From Candidatus Omnitrophota bacterium (GTDB lineage Bacteria > Omnitrophota > Gorgyraeia > Gorgyraeales > Gorgyraeaceae), in contig JAUSEX010000026.1 in the NCBI GenBank assembly GCA_030649895.1, positions 16,823 through 80,822 of the forward strand: 64,000 nucleotides of DNA. The letters are read 5' to 3'. Below the pieces are notes generated by a model that saw only the letters and a program-made list of their open reading frames with translations, had not been told where the DNA came from and did not search any database. A program made the position numbers and the translations under genes. How positions within the stretch are numbered: position 1 is the stretch's first letter; each line of letters begins with the position of its first letter. Below, piece after piece: positions 31,466 to 41,336 of the stretch.

Positions 31466-31984
31466 TTATTCCCCGGCCTTCTTCTCCTGAATTTTTTTGA
31501 CGTACATCTGCTGGACCTCTTCTACAGAAATCCCGTTCTTGGCTGCGATAGCTTTATATATAACCATGCGATCTGCGTTCTCCGCTTCAACCAAAGCCCT
31601 TACCGAAGAATCCGCGTTTCCTTTTATTTCAACCAGTCCAAGATTATTTTCTCCGACTGCCCCATTCTCTTCCAGCGAAACAAGCTGAGGCTTCCTATCT
31701 CTGCGGCCATATGCTGCCTGTTCAACCTCAGGCCCGAATGAATCCTGGGCATAAGCCTCTGTTATAAATATATCCATCATACTTCCTTTTTTACCAGGCG
31801 CTGGCTTTTGTGTGTTTCCGGAAACTATATCTTCTATGGCGTCAAGATCCTTTTCAACATGCTGATAGATATCCAGCCTCATTGAGATATCAAGTTTTAT
31901 GGCTTCTTTAGGCGCTTCCACCCTTACCCTGGCGCAGCCAAAAAATGCAACCAACGCTACGAATATTACCCAAAATTTTTTCAT
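31466..31984 (-). CDS. Lipoprotein: YnbE-like N-terminus fused to a YdbL (DUF1318) domain
   Basis: Lipobox FFGC, then RVRVEAPKEAIKLDISMRLD; C-terminal GAVGENNLGLV..LVEAENADR..IYKAIAAKNG. Confidence 0.75.
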   Translation of the reverse strand: MKKFWVIFVALVAFFGCARVRVEAPKEAIKLDISMRLDIYQHVEKDLDAIEDIVSGNTQKPAPGKKGSMMDIFITEAYAQDSFGPEVEQAAYGRRDRKPQLVSLEENGAVGENNLGLVEIKGNADSSVRALVEAENADRMVIYKAIAAKNGISVEEVQQMYVKKIQEKKAGE

Positions 31985-33135
31985 GGCTTCTCCCTCCTGT
32001 TAAAATCGTGCAATACTACCGTCAAGCTCCTCTTCCCGGATTTTCCGTCTAAGCTCATACCCATCGTAAAATTTCTATTTTCCATGCCGAGTCTTATTAT
32101 CCCATTATTATAGTTGTAATTCCTGAAACTTTCCACAATTATATCTAGCGATTGATTTGACTGCTTAGCGACATTTTCCAGAAATGTCTTGTCTTTTATT
32201 ACCAGCATGCCCCCGTTCGCATCCGTACTAAAATAACCTTTTATATCTTTTATATCCTGGCCTTTCCCCGATAAAGAAAATTCCCCGTCCAACCTGCCTG
32301 TCATATCAAATTTCTCATTAAACTCCATCTCATTCACAAGCCTTTTAATATCCAGGCCCTGGCTGTTTAATCTGAGATTATAATTCATATCCTGATCCAA
32401 TGAAATATTAAATTCCCCCTTGACGTTACCGCCAAAAAGACTAACCAGCATGGGGCTTATAGCAAGGATATTGCCTTTCAGGCAGGTTTTTCCTACAACA
32501 TCGCCTATTTTAAGTTTATTGTAATTAATGGTCTTTATATAAAATTCCCCCTCGTCCTGATCCTGGATCGCATTCAACGTTATGCCTTCCGCCTGGAATA
32601 AACTAGTAGCTAAAGAGGTTATATTCAATTTTACATAATCAATCGCATTCGCAGGGATATCCCATCCCAGAGACACCTTCCCTTTTATTTTTATACCCTC
32701 TTTTGTCAGATCAAGATTGATGTTCGTAGCTTCAAACTTGGCTATGGAAAATTTTCCGCTACCCCCGGATGCAACGCCCGGAAAAGGATAAAGACCGAGC
32801 AATCCGTCCTTACCTATATTTATTTTTACAGAAATTTCATTTAAAAGCACCTTTTCTATTTTCTTGTCTACTATTGAATTGAGAGAATAATAAATCCTCG
32901 CCTCTTTTATTTTGAAATCATACGAAGCGCTTCCCTTGATTTCTATGCCCTGAAATTCCATGAAATCTCTTGTCAGCCTGAAGCCTGAAACAGAGCTTTC
33001 CTTGAATACCTTATGAAGTTCTTTATTTATTATAGGAAGTAAAATCGGCTTGGCAAGAAGATAAGCCGCTAAGGAAAAGATTATTATTAATATTACTGAT
33101 ATGAAAAATATTTTAGCGAATATTCGGCGTCGCAT
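31981..33135 (-). CDS. Short YdbH/AsmA-like membrane-anchored protein
   Basis: N-terminal TM, beta-rich body, C-terminal ESFRNYNY..L.G motif; coupled to the YnbE-YdbL-like gene. Confidence 0.65.
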   Translation of the reverse strand: MRRRIFAKIFFISVILIIIFSLAAYLLAKPILLPIINKELHKVFKESSVSGFRLTRDFMEFQGIEIKGSASYDFKIKEARIYYSLNSIVDKKIEKVLLNEISVKINIGKDGLLGLYPFPGVASGGSGKFSIAKFEATNINLDLTKEGIKIKGKVSLGWDIPANAIDYVKLNITSLATSLFQAEGITLNAIQDQDEGEFYIKTINYNKLKIGDVVGKTCLKGNILAISPMLVSLFGGNVKGEFNISLDQDMNYNLRLNSQGLDIKRLVNEMEFNEKFDMTGRLDGEFSLSGKGQDIKDIKGYFSTDANGGMLVIKDKTFLENVAKQSNQSLDIIVESFRNYNYNNGIIRLGMENRNFTMGMSLDGKSGKRSLTVVLHDFNRREKP

Positions 33136-33139
33136 TATA

Positions 33140-33772
33140 TTACTGCATGTATCCGTATTCCCTCAGGATATCTTTAAAATCGCTGGCCTTTGCCTTATCC
33201 TTTGCTACGTATTTTCCTATTATATCCGTTTCCACGTTGATAAAATCGCCTTTTTTCTTTGCGGAAAATGTAGTGCTTTTAAGCGTCTGCGGTATAAGAT
33301 ATACCGTAAAATCCTCTTTTGTTACGCTTGCCACTGTAAGGCTTACGCCGTCCAGCCCCACAGAGCCTTTTTCAACCAGAAAGGCGGCGTATTCTTTCGG
33401 AAGATAGATCTTGAAACCTGTCCCGCCTGATCTTTCAGACACATCCGTAATGGTTCCTTTATAGTCCACATGGCCCGTCAGAAAATGCCCGCCCATCCTG
33501 GCGTCAGCCTTCACGCTTCTTTCCAAGTTTACCGCATCGTTGATCTTTAAACCAGCCAATGTAGTCCTTTTAAGCGTTTCAGGAATTACGTCAAAACTTA
33601 AAATATTCCCGCTGATTTCCGTAACGCTCAGGCACGACCCGTTCACGCAAATACTATGCCCTATCATAGCGTCGAGACGCACCTTATCAGCCTTTATCTT
33701 CAATAAAGCGCCTGTCCCTGTCCGGCTAATTCCCTTTACAACGCCTATCTCTTCAACAATTCCAGTAAACAT
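33140..33772 (-). CDS. ribE: Riboflavin synthase (alpha chain)
   Basis: MFTGIVEE start, VNGSCLSV, GGHFLTGHVD, KGSVGLDGVSLT. Confidence 0.96.
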   Translation of the reverse strand: MFTGIVEEIGVVKGISRTGTGALLKIKADKVRLDAMIGHSICVNGSCLSVTEISGNILSFDVIPETLKRTTLAGLKINDAVNLERSVKADARMGGHFLTGHVDYKGTITDVSERSGGTGFKIYLPKEYAAFLVEKGSVGLDGVSLTVASVTKEDFTVYLIPQTLKSTTFSAKKKGDFINVETDIIGKYVAKDKAKASDFKDILREYGYMQ

Positions 33773-33791
33773 TTTCAGGCTTTCTAAATAC

Positions 33792-33855
33792 TGTTCGGGC
33801 AAGGCCATTAAGCAGCCGGTCGAAAGCTTCTCGGCTTCGTTCGCTCCGCTCGAAA
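33792..33855. repeat. REP-like doublet, GTTCGRGC..TCTCGGCTTCG..GCTCGAAA family
   Basis: Shares AGCTTCTCGGCTTCG with 54858-54872. Confidence 0.7.
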
Positions 33856-33860
33856 AATAT

Positions 33861-34964
33861 TTAATTTCTCACATTAGCGCTCACCAAAATATCTTCGCCT
33901 ATCATCTCAACCCTTACATCTCTTAGCTTTATCGCCTGGCTCACCTTATCTACGCCCTTGCCTTCAACGGATGTGACAGCTCCTCTTCCTCCTATAATTT
34001 TAGGCGCTATAAAAAATAAAACCTTATCCGCAAGGCCTTGTTCCAAAAAACCCGATATAGTATCGCCTCCGCCTTCTACCAGGAGGCGGCTGATCTCAAG
34101 CTCTGCCAGCTCTTTTAAAAGCCAGGCCAGGTCTATTCTATTATTCCTGCCCGGGCACGCTATAACCAGTATCCCCTTTTTATTAAATTTCTCTACTTTT
34201 TTAAATATGCGCGGGTCATTTAGAGATTTTCTTAAAATTGCCACTATATTCAAAGCCGGAGATTTTTTTGAAAAGATATTTGCGTCTTCAGGCGCCCTCA
34301 GGTTTGAATCCAGTACAATCTTTATAGGGGATCTGTTTCTTCTTGAGGTAAGTACAGGATTATCTCTTATTATTGTATTCACGCCCACTAATACCGCGTC
34401 CATCCCGCTGCGCAATCCGTGCGAATAATCCCTGGAGGCGTCCGTTGTGATCCATTTTGAATCCCTTGTCTTCGTGGCAATTTTACCGTCCAGAGACTCG
34501 GCGGCTTTTATTGTCACAAATGGCATGCTTTTCGTAGCGTACTTTATAAAAACCTCGTTCAGGCCTGACGCTTCTTTATTTAAAACCCCGACCTTGACAG
34601 AAATACCGTTTTTCTCCAGCTCTCTTTTACCCTTGCCGTTATTCAGAGGATTAGGGTCTATTATAGAAAAATAAACTTCTCTTATGCCGCTTTTTATTAT
34701 CGCCTTTACGCAAGGAGGAGTCCTGCCTACATGAACGCATGGCTCCAGATTCACATAAAGAGTGGCTCCTTTTGCGTCCCTGCCGGCTTTTCTTAGGGCT
34801 ATAGCCTCCGCGTGAAGCCCTCCAGGCCTGGCATGATAAGCGCTGGCTATGATCTTTCCTTTCTTCACAACAAGCGCTCCTACCATAGGATTAGGGCTGG
34901 TAGTGAGCCTGCCTTTTTCAGCCAGCTCTAAAACCTTTCTCATAAAGAATTCGTGTTTATTCAT
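33861..34964 (-). CDS. ribD: Bifunctional riboflavin deaminase/reductase
   Basis: PNPMVGA, HAE, LEPC..GRTPPC, SLDGKIA, VEGG. Confidence 0.98.
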   Translation of the reverse strand: MNKHEFFMRKVLELAEKGRLTTSPNPMVGALVVKKGKIIASAYHARPGGLHAEAIALRKAGRDAKGATLYVNLEPCVHVGRTPPCVKAIIKSGIREVYFSIIDPNPLNNGKGKRELEKNGISVKVGVLNKEASGLNEVFIKYATKSMPFVTIKAAESLDGKIATKTRDSKWITTDASRDYSHGLRSGMDAVLVGVNTIIRDNPVLTSRRNRSPIKIVLDSNLRAPEDANIFSKKSPALNIVAILRKSLNDPRIFKKVEKFNKKGILVIACPGRNNRIDLAWLLKELAELEISRLLVEGGGDTISGFLEQGLADKVLFFIAPKIIGGRGAVTSVEGKGVDKVSQAIKLRDVRVEMIGEDILVSANVRN

Positions 34965-35811
34965 ATTGTTTTAATCGTGACGCGTCTCTTAATTTTTCCA
35001 CAAGCTCATAAGAGACTTTCACTTTGCCCAGCAGTACTTCTTTTTTCCCAAGCCCGTGACAATCGGATCCGCCTGTCACAAGCAAGCCGTATTCTTTAGC
35101 TAATGCCTTAAACTCATTTGACTCTCTGGCATTATGATCGGAATGATAAGCCTCTATGCCCTGTACACCCTCGCCTACAAGCATCCCGACCGTATCCCTC
35201 AAAGGTCTATTTTCCGTATTAATAGTCTTAGGATGAGCGAGGACGCTAACGCCGCCTACAGACTTTATCATATCGCTAGCTTCTCTGGGGGATAGTTTGA
35301 ATTTTTTTACATAAGCGGGCGAGTTATTGCCTATATATTTAGTAAAAGCATCCCTTACGCAGGATATCTTTCCTTTTGCATACAAAAGATTCGCTATATG
35401 CAGCCTGCCTACGGAATTCATGCCTGGGCCCGCAAGCTTCAGCAGATCTTCATACTGTAAATCAATTCCCTGTTCACTCAGCCTTCTCAAGATCTCTTTC
35501 GCCCTTTCTTCCCTGACCCTGCATAGCTCTTCCAGTTTTTTTGTAAATTCCTTATTTTGCCAGTCAATAAAATATCCCAGCATATGAACTTCGTCGTCTT
35601 CGAGTTCCGTGGTTAATTCCACGCCAGGGATAATCTCGATATCCATGTCTTTTGCAAACATGATCGCAGGCGCAATTCCTGCGCAAGTATCGTGATCTGT
35701 TATTGCAATAGCGTCCAGTCCAGCCAGTCCGGCCAAACTCACAACCTTTTCAGGAGAAAATGTGCTGTCGGAAATATTCGTGTGAACATGAAGATCAGCT
35801 ACTTTTCCCAT
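34957..35811 (-). CDS. PHP-family metal-dependent phosphoesterase (TrpH/YciV-like)
   Basis: DLHVHT..SDS, ITDHDT, GVEL, HMLGY, GRLHIA, LAHP, GGSDCHG. Confidence 0.9.
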   Translation of the reverse strand: MGKVADLHVHTNISDSTFSPEKVVSLAGLAGLDAIAITDHDTCAGIAPAIMFAKDMDIEIIPGVELTTELEDDEVHMLGYFIDWQNKEFTKKLEELCRVREERAKEILRRLSEQGIDLQYEDLLKLAGPGMNSVGRLHIANLLYAKGKISCVRDAFTKYIGNNSPAYVKKFKLSPREASDMIKSVGGVSVLAHPKTINTENRPLRDTVGMLVGEGVQGIEAYHSDHNARESNEFKALAKEYGLLVTGGSDCHGLGKKEVLLGKVKVSYELVEKLRDASRLKQYE

Positions 35812-35822
35812 TTAGCAATATT

Positions 35823-35859
35823 GTTCGAGCAAGGCACCGAAGATGCCGAGTCGAGAACT
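35823..35859. repeat. REP-like element GTTCGAGC..GGCAC..TGCC GAGTCGAGAACT
   Basis: 32/36 nt identical to 18964-18999. Confidence 0.85.
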
Positions 35860-36274
35860 ACTGTTTACATTCAGTTTTCTTAATTTTATCGAGTATCCCG
35901 TTGACAAACTTCCCGGAATCAACATCACCGTATTTTTTAGCAAGCTCGATGGCTTCATTAATAGAGACATTAAGCGGGATATCATCCTTGTAGAGCATCT
36001 CATACACGCACAGGCGCATTACATTCTTGTCTATGACAGCCATCCTGGATATATTCCAGTTATTCGTATATTTTGAAATAAGATCGTCTATGGCTTTTAA
36101 ATTTTCGCATGTGCCTCTTACCAGAGTTTCGGTGAAGTTATGCGCCTCTTCATCCGCTGAATCCGCTGATTTCGACCAGAAATCCTTAAAACTATCCTCA
36201 ATCGACTCCCTGGAGATCTCTATCCTGTAAAGAATCTTTAAGGCGCATTCCCTCGCAAAAGTGCGTTTACGCAT
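35858..36274 (-). CDS. nusB: Transcription antitermination factor NusB
   Basis: RTFARECAL, INEAIELAKKYG..SGKFVNGILD. Confidence 0.97.
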   Translation of the reverse strand: MRKRTFARECALKILYRIEISRESIEDSFKDFWSKSADSADEEAHNFTETLVRGTCENLKAIDDLISKYTNNWNISRMAVIDKNVMRLCVYEMLYKDDIPLNVSINEAIELAKKYGDVDSGKFVNGILDKIKKTECKQ

Positions 36275-36275
36275 A

Positions 36276-36740
36276 TCAAAGCTCCGCTATCAGATTCGCC
36301 ATTTCAATAGCTGAGCGGGCTGCGTCACGGCCTTTATTGCCCTGTTTCGTGCCTGCCCTTTCTATTGCCTGTTCTATTGAATCAGCTGTAATAATTCCGA
36401 ACATCACAGGCACTCCTGTATTTAAGGAAACATTTGCTATGCCCTTGGATGCCTCGCTCGCCACGTAATCAAAATGAGGCGTCGCTCCTTTAATTATAGT
36501 GCCAAGACATATGACTGAATCATATTTCTTGCTCTTTGCCATATGACTCGCAAGAACAGGTATCTCGAATGCGCCTGGAGCCCACACGACATTAATGTCC
36601 GTTTCTTTTGCCCCATGCCTTAAAAGCTCATCAACGCACCCCTCCAGAAGCCTCTGCGTGATAAAATCATTGAATCTTGAAGCTATAATGCCAAATTTTT
36701 TGCCTTTCGCAACTAGTTCGCCCTGAATTACTTTGTACAT
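36276..36740 (-). CDS. ribH: 6,7-dimethyl-8-ribityllumazine synthase
   Basis: [36 protein letters not shown]. Confidence 0.98.
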   Translation of the reverse strand: MYKVIQGELVAKGKKFGIIASRFNDFITQRLLEGCVDELLRHGAKETDINVVWAPGAFEIPVLASHMAKSKKYDSVICLGTIIKGATPHFDYVASEASKGIANVSLNTGVPVMFGIITADSIEQAIERAGTKQGNKGRDAARSAIEMANLIAEL

Positions 36741-36774
36741 ACTGCACCTCCCAAAATTTGATCCCTGGTTATCC

Positions 36775-37998
36775 TTATACTACAGTATATGCGGCTAGGG
36801 ACCTTTTTAATTTATGCCCTAATTTTTTCTTTTTTGTTTCCAGATACCTGACGTTAGCGCAATTAGGCTGCACTTCCATTGGAACCCTCTTTACCACCTC
36901 CAGGCCATAACCGGACAAGCCGACTATCTTACGGGGATTATTCGTGATAAGCTGGATTGTTTTCAACCCAAGATCCGCTAGTATCTGAGCTCCTATGCCA
37001 TAATCCCTTAAATCTGGCTTAAAACCAAGCTGCTCATTCGCCTCTACCGTATCAAAGCCTTTATCCTGTAAAGCGTACGCCTTTATCTTATTAGCCAAGC
37101 CTATGCCCCGGCCCTCCTGCCTCATATACAAAAGAACGCCTCTATTTTTTTCTCCAATAAGCCTCAAAGTTCTTTTAAGCTGGTCCCCGCAATCGCATCT
37201 TCTGGATCCAAATATATCTCCTGTAAGGCATTCTGAATGAACGCGCACCAGAACGTCTTTTTTCCCCTTCACGTCCCCTTTTACTAAAGCCATATGCTGG
37301 TATCTATCAATGCTTGATTCATAAAGATACAATTTAAAAACTCCGTAATCCGTGGGAATCTGGCTATTCGCAATACATGTCACAAGTTTTTCTGACCTGC
37401 GCCTGTAATTTATAAGCTCCGCTATGGTGCCTATTTTAAGCTTATGTTTTTTTGCAAACTTAACAAGGTCTTTCTGTCTCGCCATTGTGCCGTCATTATT
37501 TATTATTTCGCATATAACCCCTGCGGGATAAAGTCCCGCTAATTTCATAAGGTCAACGCATGCTTCCGTATGGCCTGCGCGCGTCAATGTCCCCCCATCC
37601 TTTGCCCTCAAAGGAAATACATGCCCGGGACGAGCCAGATCAGCAGACATTGTCCCGGGATTTATCAGGGCTTTCACTGTAACAGAGCGGTCATGCGCTG
37701 AAATACCCGTAGTAGTATTCTTTTTAGCGTCTACGGAAATAGCCCATGCGGTTTTGAACGTATCCTGGTTTTCCTCATGCATTGGATGCAGGCCCAGTTC
37801 ATCGAGCCTTGAACCTTCCATTGGCATGCATACAAGGCCTTTTGCATGCGTTATAATAAAGTTTATTGCCTGCGGGGTCGCGTATTCAGCCGCAATAACA
37901 AGATCGCCTTCATTCTCGCGGCCTTCATCGTCCACAATAATGACCATCCTGCCTTTTTTCAAGTCCTTGCTGATTTCAGGTATTGTATTAAATTTCAT
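36775..37998 (-). CDS. ribBA: Bifunctional DHBP synthase / GTP cyclohydrolase II
   Basis: [39 protein letters not shown]. Confidence 0.98.
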   Translation of the reverse strand: MKFNTIPEISKDLKKGRMVIIVDDEGRENEGDLVIAAEYATPQAINFIITHAKGLVCMPMEGSRLDELGLHPMHEENQDTFKTAWAISVDAKKNTTTGISAHDRSVTVKALINPGTMSADLARPGHVFPLRAKDGGTLTRAGHTEACVDLMKLAGLYPAGVICEIINNDGTMARQKDLVKFAKKHKLKIGTIAELINYRRRSEKLVTCIANSQIPTDYGVFKLYLYESSIDRYQHMALVKGDVKGKKDVLVRVHSECLTGDIFGSRRCDCGDQLKRTLRLIGEKNRGVLLYMRQEGRGIGLANKIKAYALQDKGFDTVEANEQLGFKPDLRDYGIGAQILADLGLKTIQLITNNPRKIVGLSGYGLEVVKRVPMEVQPNCANVRYLETKKKKLGHKLKRSLAAYTVV

Positions 37999-38012
37999 AA
38001 GTTCCTATCATT

Positions 38013-38066
38013 ACCCTGTCCACCCCGCAGGCGGCCCAATTGGGCCGCCTGCGGGGTGGACAGGGT
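38013..38066. repeat. Perfect 54-bp palindrome
   Basis: ACCCTGTCCACCCCGCAGGCGGCCCAA followed directly by its exact reverse complement. Confidence 0.9.
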
Positions 38067-38067
38067 T

Positions 38068-38103
38068 TAAAATTAAAAATGCCCGAAGAGAGTCTTCGGG
38101 CAA
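38068..38103 (-). terminator. Riboswitch expression-platform terminator
   Basis: TGCCCGAAGA-CTC-TCTTCGGGCA then TTTTTAATTTT on the minus strand; the GCCCGAAGA arm is complementary to the aptamer 5' strand TCTTCGGG. Confidence 0.85.
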
Positions 38104-38121
38104 TAAAATACAACGCGCTTA

Positions 38122-38238
38122 CCTCTTCTCTCATCTAGCCTTTCACAATCGGTTCCGGAATCACGCCGGATCTGCCCTCTTTTACGAGAGCTCGCGGACT
38201 TTACCGCCGGTGGGGAATTTCACCCTCTCCCGAAGATA
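38122..38238 (-). ncRNA. FMN riboswitch (RFN element)
   Basis: TCTTCGGG..AGGGTGAAATTCCC.ACCGGCGGTAAAGTCCGCGA..GATCCGG..TTCCGG.ACCGA..GATGAGAGAAGA upstream of ribBA. Confidence 0.95.
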
Positions 38239-38244
38239 CTGTGT

Positions 38245-38272
38245 ATTATACCAACTTACGCCTTTTTGTCAA
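38245..38272 (-). promoter_or_regulatory. Consensus sigma70 promoter of the rib operon
   Basis: TTGACA-N16-TATAAT immediately upstream of the riboswitch. Confidence 0.8.
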
Positions 38273-38289
38273 TATCTATTTCCCGATAA

Positions 38290-39339
38290 TCACAGGATTT
38301 CCCTGAGAACGGATTGGAGGTTTGCCTGGACAATTTTGGGTTCCTTGACGGATTTTATAGCGCGATCCGGGTCTTTAAGCCCATGGCCGGTAAGCACGCA
38401 TACAAGTTTTGGTTTTTTGAATTTTTTGAAGTACCCTTGTTTATTTAATTTTATCACGCCGGCTACTGAAGCAGCTGAAGCAGGCTCTACGAATACGCCT
38501 TCTTTTGAAGCCAGAAATTTATACGCCTCCAGGATTTCATCGTCAGAAACCATATCTATGAGTCCCCTGGATTCATCCCGCGCCTCTTCTGCCATTTTCC
38601 AGCTGGCAGGATTTCCTATTCGTATAGCAGTAGCGATAGTCTCTGGTTTTTCTACAATTTTGCCTCTGACTATAGGAGCTGCGCCTTCTGCCTGAAATCC
38701 AAGCATGCAAGGAAGTTTTTCTATCTTACCCTTCTCTTTATATTCTTTATACCCTTTCCAGTAGGCGGTGATATTGCCTGCGTTGCCAACCGGAATGACA
38801 TGAAAATCTGGGGCAAAACCTAACTGATCGCATATCTCAAAAGAACCGGTTTTCTGGCCTTCTATCCTGTAAGGATTTATTGAATTCACAAGCTGGATAC
38901 GATGTTTGACGGTAATTTCTTTTACAAGATTAAACGCGTCGTCAAAATTTCCATCTATTGCGATAACCTGAGCGCCATGTATAAGCGCCTGGGCGAGCTT
39001 ACCAAGAGCTATGACGCCTTTTGGTATTAAGACGATACATTTAATTCCAGCCTTGGCGGCATACGCAGCTGCTGACGCAGAGGTATTGCCGGTAGAAGCG
39101 CATATTACAGCTATATGTTTTTCTTCCAAAGACTTTGAGATCGCCATAGTCATGCCTCTATCCTTGAAAGAACCGGTAGGGTTAAGGCCTTCGTATTTCA
39201 GATACGCCTCCCCGCCAATTAATTCTGAAAGATGGCGTGAATACACCAGGGGGGTATCTCCCTCATTGAGAGTAACCACAGGGGTGTCTCCGGTAACCGG
39301 CAAAAATTCCCTGTATTTATCTATAACGCCTTTCCACAT
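38290..39339 (-). CDS. thrC: Threonine synthase
   Basis: [40 protein letters not shown]. Confidence 0.97.
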   Translation of the reverse strand: MWKGVIDKYREFLPVTGDTPVVTLNEGDTPLVYSRHLSELIGGEAYLKYEGLNPTGSFKDRGMTMAISKSLEEKHIAVICASTGNTSASAAAYAAKAGIKCIVLIPKGVIALGKLAQALIHGAQVIAIDGNFDDAFNLVKEITVKHRIQLVNSINPYRIEGQKTGSFEICDQLGFAPDFHVIPVGNAGNITAYWKGYKEYKEKGKIEKLPCMLGFQAEGAAPIVRGKIVEKPETIATAIRIGNPASWKMAEEARDESRGLIDMVSDDEILEAYKFLASKEGVFVEPASAASVAGVIKLNKQGYFKKFKKPKLVCVLTGHGLKDPDRAIKSVKEPKIVQANLQSVLREIL

Positions 39340-39343
39340 AAGA

Positions 39344-40651
39344 TTATTTCTCCATCCTTATAACAACGCTTTTCTTTTTTATGGCAGGCAGCTTGTTGAT
39401 TCGAGATAATGCGGCTTGCATATTCGACTCTTTCGCCTCATGCGTAAGCATAACTATAGGAACAATGTGCGCCTCGCGTCTTTCTTTTTGCACAACGCTT
39501 GCAATGCTTATATCATGCCTGCCCAAAAGGTCTGCTATGTTTGCAAGCACGCCTGGCTTATCTACTGCGGAAAAGTGCGCGTAGTACCTGGTCACTACAT
39601 CGTCCATCTTTTTGATATTTTTTATTTCAGAATCTTTTGGCGTAACCGGCTTGGCTATCTTGTTTCCGCAGATGACTTTATAACCGATATCTACTATATC
39701 GTTTAATACAGCGCTCGCGGTAGGTAATTTACCCGCTCCCTGGCCATAGAAAAGCTGCTTGCCCACTAGATCAGCTTCTATAAATATCGCGTTATACACG
39801 CCTGAAACGGATGAAAGCAGATATTCGGATGGCAATAGAGTGGGATGAACCCTTACCTCTAATTCATTTCCATAACGCTTCGCTATTGCAAGAAGCTTTA
39901 TCACGTAACCCAGTTCTTTTGCATACTGTATATCAAAGCTAGAAATATCCTCAATACCCTCAACAAAGATATCTTTTATATCCACTCTCTTTTCAAAGGC
40001 CAGAAGAGAAAGTATGGCAAGCTTGTGGCTGGAGTCCAAGCCCTTTATATCAAGAGAAGGATCTTTTTCAGCGTAGCCTTTCAACTGCGCCTCTTTAAGA
40101 ACAGCTTTAAAGCTTGAGCCCTGGTTTGACATATTTGATAGTATATAATTCGAAGTGCCGTTCAAGATTCCAAAAATACTAGAAAATCTATTACCCACCA
40201 TACCTTCCCGTATTGCCTTTATAATAGGAATCCCTCCGCCTACGCTAGCCTCAAAATATATTTCCCTATTCAGGACCTTGGCCTTTTTGAATATTTCATC
40301 TCCCGCATACGCCAGAAGCAGCTTATTGGCGGTAACCACATGTTTTCCTTTAGATAACGCCTTCATCACAATCTCTTTCGCAGGGTGAATCCCGCCTATC
40401 AACTCAACAACAATGTCAACAGCCGGATCATTAACCACTTTATCAAAATCTCTGGTAAGGATTTCTTTAGGCAAATTTACGTCTCTTTTAGAAGACAAAT
40501 CTTTGTCGCAAACCAATGAAAGATTAAAATCTATTCCTGTGCGCTTAAATAGCAGCCCTCTCTTTTCCAGGAGAAACCTTGCGACCCCGGAACCTATTGT
40601 GCCGAAACCTATCAATCCAATGTTTATTCTATTCTTAATTTTTTTATTCAT
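39344..40651 (-). CDS. hom: Homoserine dehydrogenase with ACT domain
   Basis: [36 protein letters not shown]. Confidence 0.97.
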   Translation of the reverse strand: MNKKIKNRINIGLIGFGTIGSGVARFLLEKRGLLFKRTGIDFNLSLVCDKDLSSKRDVNLPKEILTRDFDKVVNDPAVDIVVELIGGIHPAKEIVMKALSKGKHVVTANKLLLAYAGDEIFKKAKVLNREIYFEASVGGGIPIIKAIREGMVGNRFSSIFGILNGTSNYILSNMSNQGSSFKAVLKEAQLKGYAEKDPSLDIKGLDSSHKLAILSLLAFEKRVDIKDIFVEGIEDISSFDIQYAKELGYVIKLLAIAKRYGNELEVRVHPTLLPSEYLLSSVSGVYNAIFIEADLVGKQLFYGQGAGKLPTASAVLNDIVDIGYKVICGNKIAKPVTPKDSEIKNIKKMDDVVTRYYAHFSAVDKPGVLANIADLLGRHDISIASVVQKERREAHIVPIVMLTHEAKESNMQAALSRINKLPAIKKKSVVIRMEK

Positions 40652-41012
40652 GATCCACCAGTTTTCTTATAGACTCTCTTACCTTCTGTTCCACCTCTAT
40701 AAATTTCACCCTGGTATCATACATAATATCTTTTACCAGCTGCGTTGATTCTATAACCTGGGTCCTGACTGTAACATAATCTGAAAATTCAGGCAATCTA
40801 AGTTTTATTTTTAAAATAGCGCCTTTTTCGAATTCCCTGTCAGACATAAATAATAATCCCCCTTCGCTCAGATTCCTGGTTTGAGATACGTCAAATTTTA
40901 GATCTTCGCCTTTTACAATAGCGTATGAAACAATATAGCTTCTGTTTATCCTTTTAAATTTCCTTCTCTCAGGCTTAATATCGTCCGGCTGCAATTCTTC
41001 TTTATTTTCCAT
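40644..41012 (-). CDS. Stand-alone PilZ domain protein (c-di-GMP receptor motifs)
   Basis: ERRKFKR and NLSEGG motifs; start re-assigned to MENKEE after AAAGGT. Confidence 0.85.
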   Translation of the reverse strand: MENKEELQPDDIKPERRKFKRINRSYIVSYAIVKGEDLKFDVSQTRNLSEGGLLFMSDREFEKGAILKIKLRLPEFSDYVTVRTQVIESTQLVKDIMYDTRVKFIEVEQKVRESIRKLVDHE

Positions 41013-41142
41013 GATAATACCTTTTTTTAGCCCTGTACCAGCCGGTATAGGGCACAGCGAGCGTCGAATCAAATTAACGTAATGGCCTGCCATGAACCCT
41101 AGCGAAGCTGCTTCTTAAGTGTAATTCTTAGCGAGTAGTTCA

Positions 41143-41219
41143 TGGTCGGGACGGCTGGATTCGAACCAGCGACCCCTTGAACCCCATTCAAGTGCGCTAG
41201 CCAACTGCGCCACGCCCCG
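41143..41219 (-). tRNA. tRNA-Pro(GGG)
   Basis: CGGGGCG acceptor, CTTGA-ATGGGGT-TCAAG anticodon arm, GTTCGAATC, CCA. Confidence 0.97.
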
Positions 41220-41239
41220 CCACTTTAATAGACTTTAAT

Positions 41240-41304
41240 AGGGACAGCGCCCTATTTTAACTTGTCCTCTGAAATTTTCGCGTATAAAATAGGGCGCTGT
41301 CCCT
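41240..41304. repeat. Inverted-repeat element, AGGGACAG..CTGTCCCT family
   Basis: 20-bp perfect arms at 41240-41259 and 41285-41304, in the tRNA leader. Confidence 0.85.
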
Positions 41305-41306
41305 TA

Positions 41307-41335
41307 ATTATACCACATATAAAGCGCGGTTTCAA
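41307..41335 (-). promoter_or_regulatory. Predicted tRNA-Pro promoter
   Basis: TTGAAA-N17-TATAAT with TG extension. Confidence 0.7.
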
Positions 41336-41336
41336 A

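Noticed and set aside
35812-36003. 63-aa minus-strand ORF
   Set aside because: Out-of-frame overlap with nusB plus a repeat element
37754-38695. 313-aa plus-strand ORF
   Set aside because: Antisense to ribBA, the FMN riboswitch and thrC, with no recognisable motifs; a shadow ORF
30315-41219. Island bounded by the two tRNA-Pro genes
   Set aside because: Both tRNAs are complete with different anticodons, and the intervening genes are core metabolic genes
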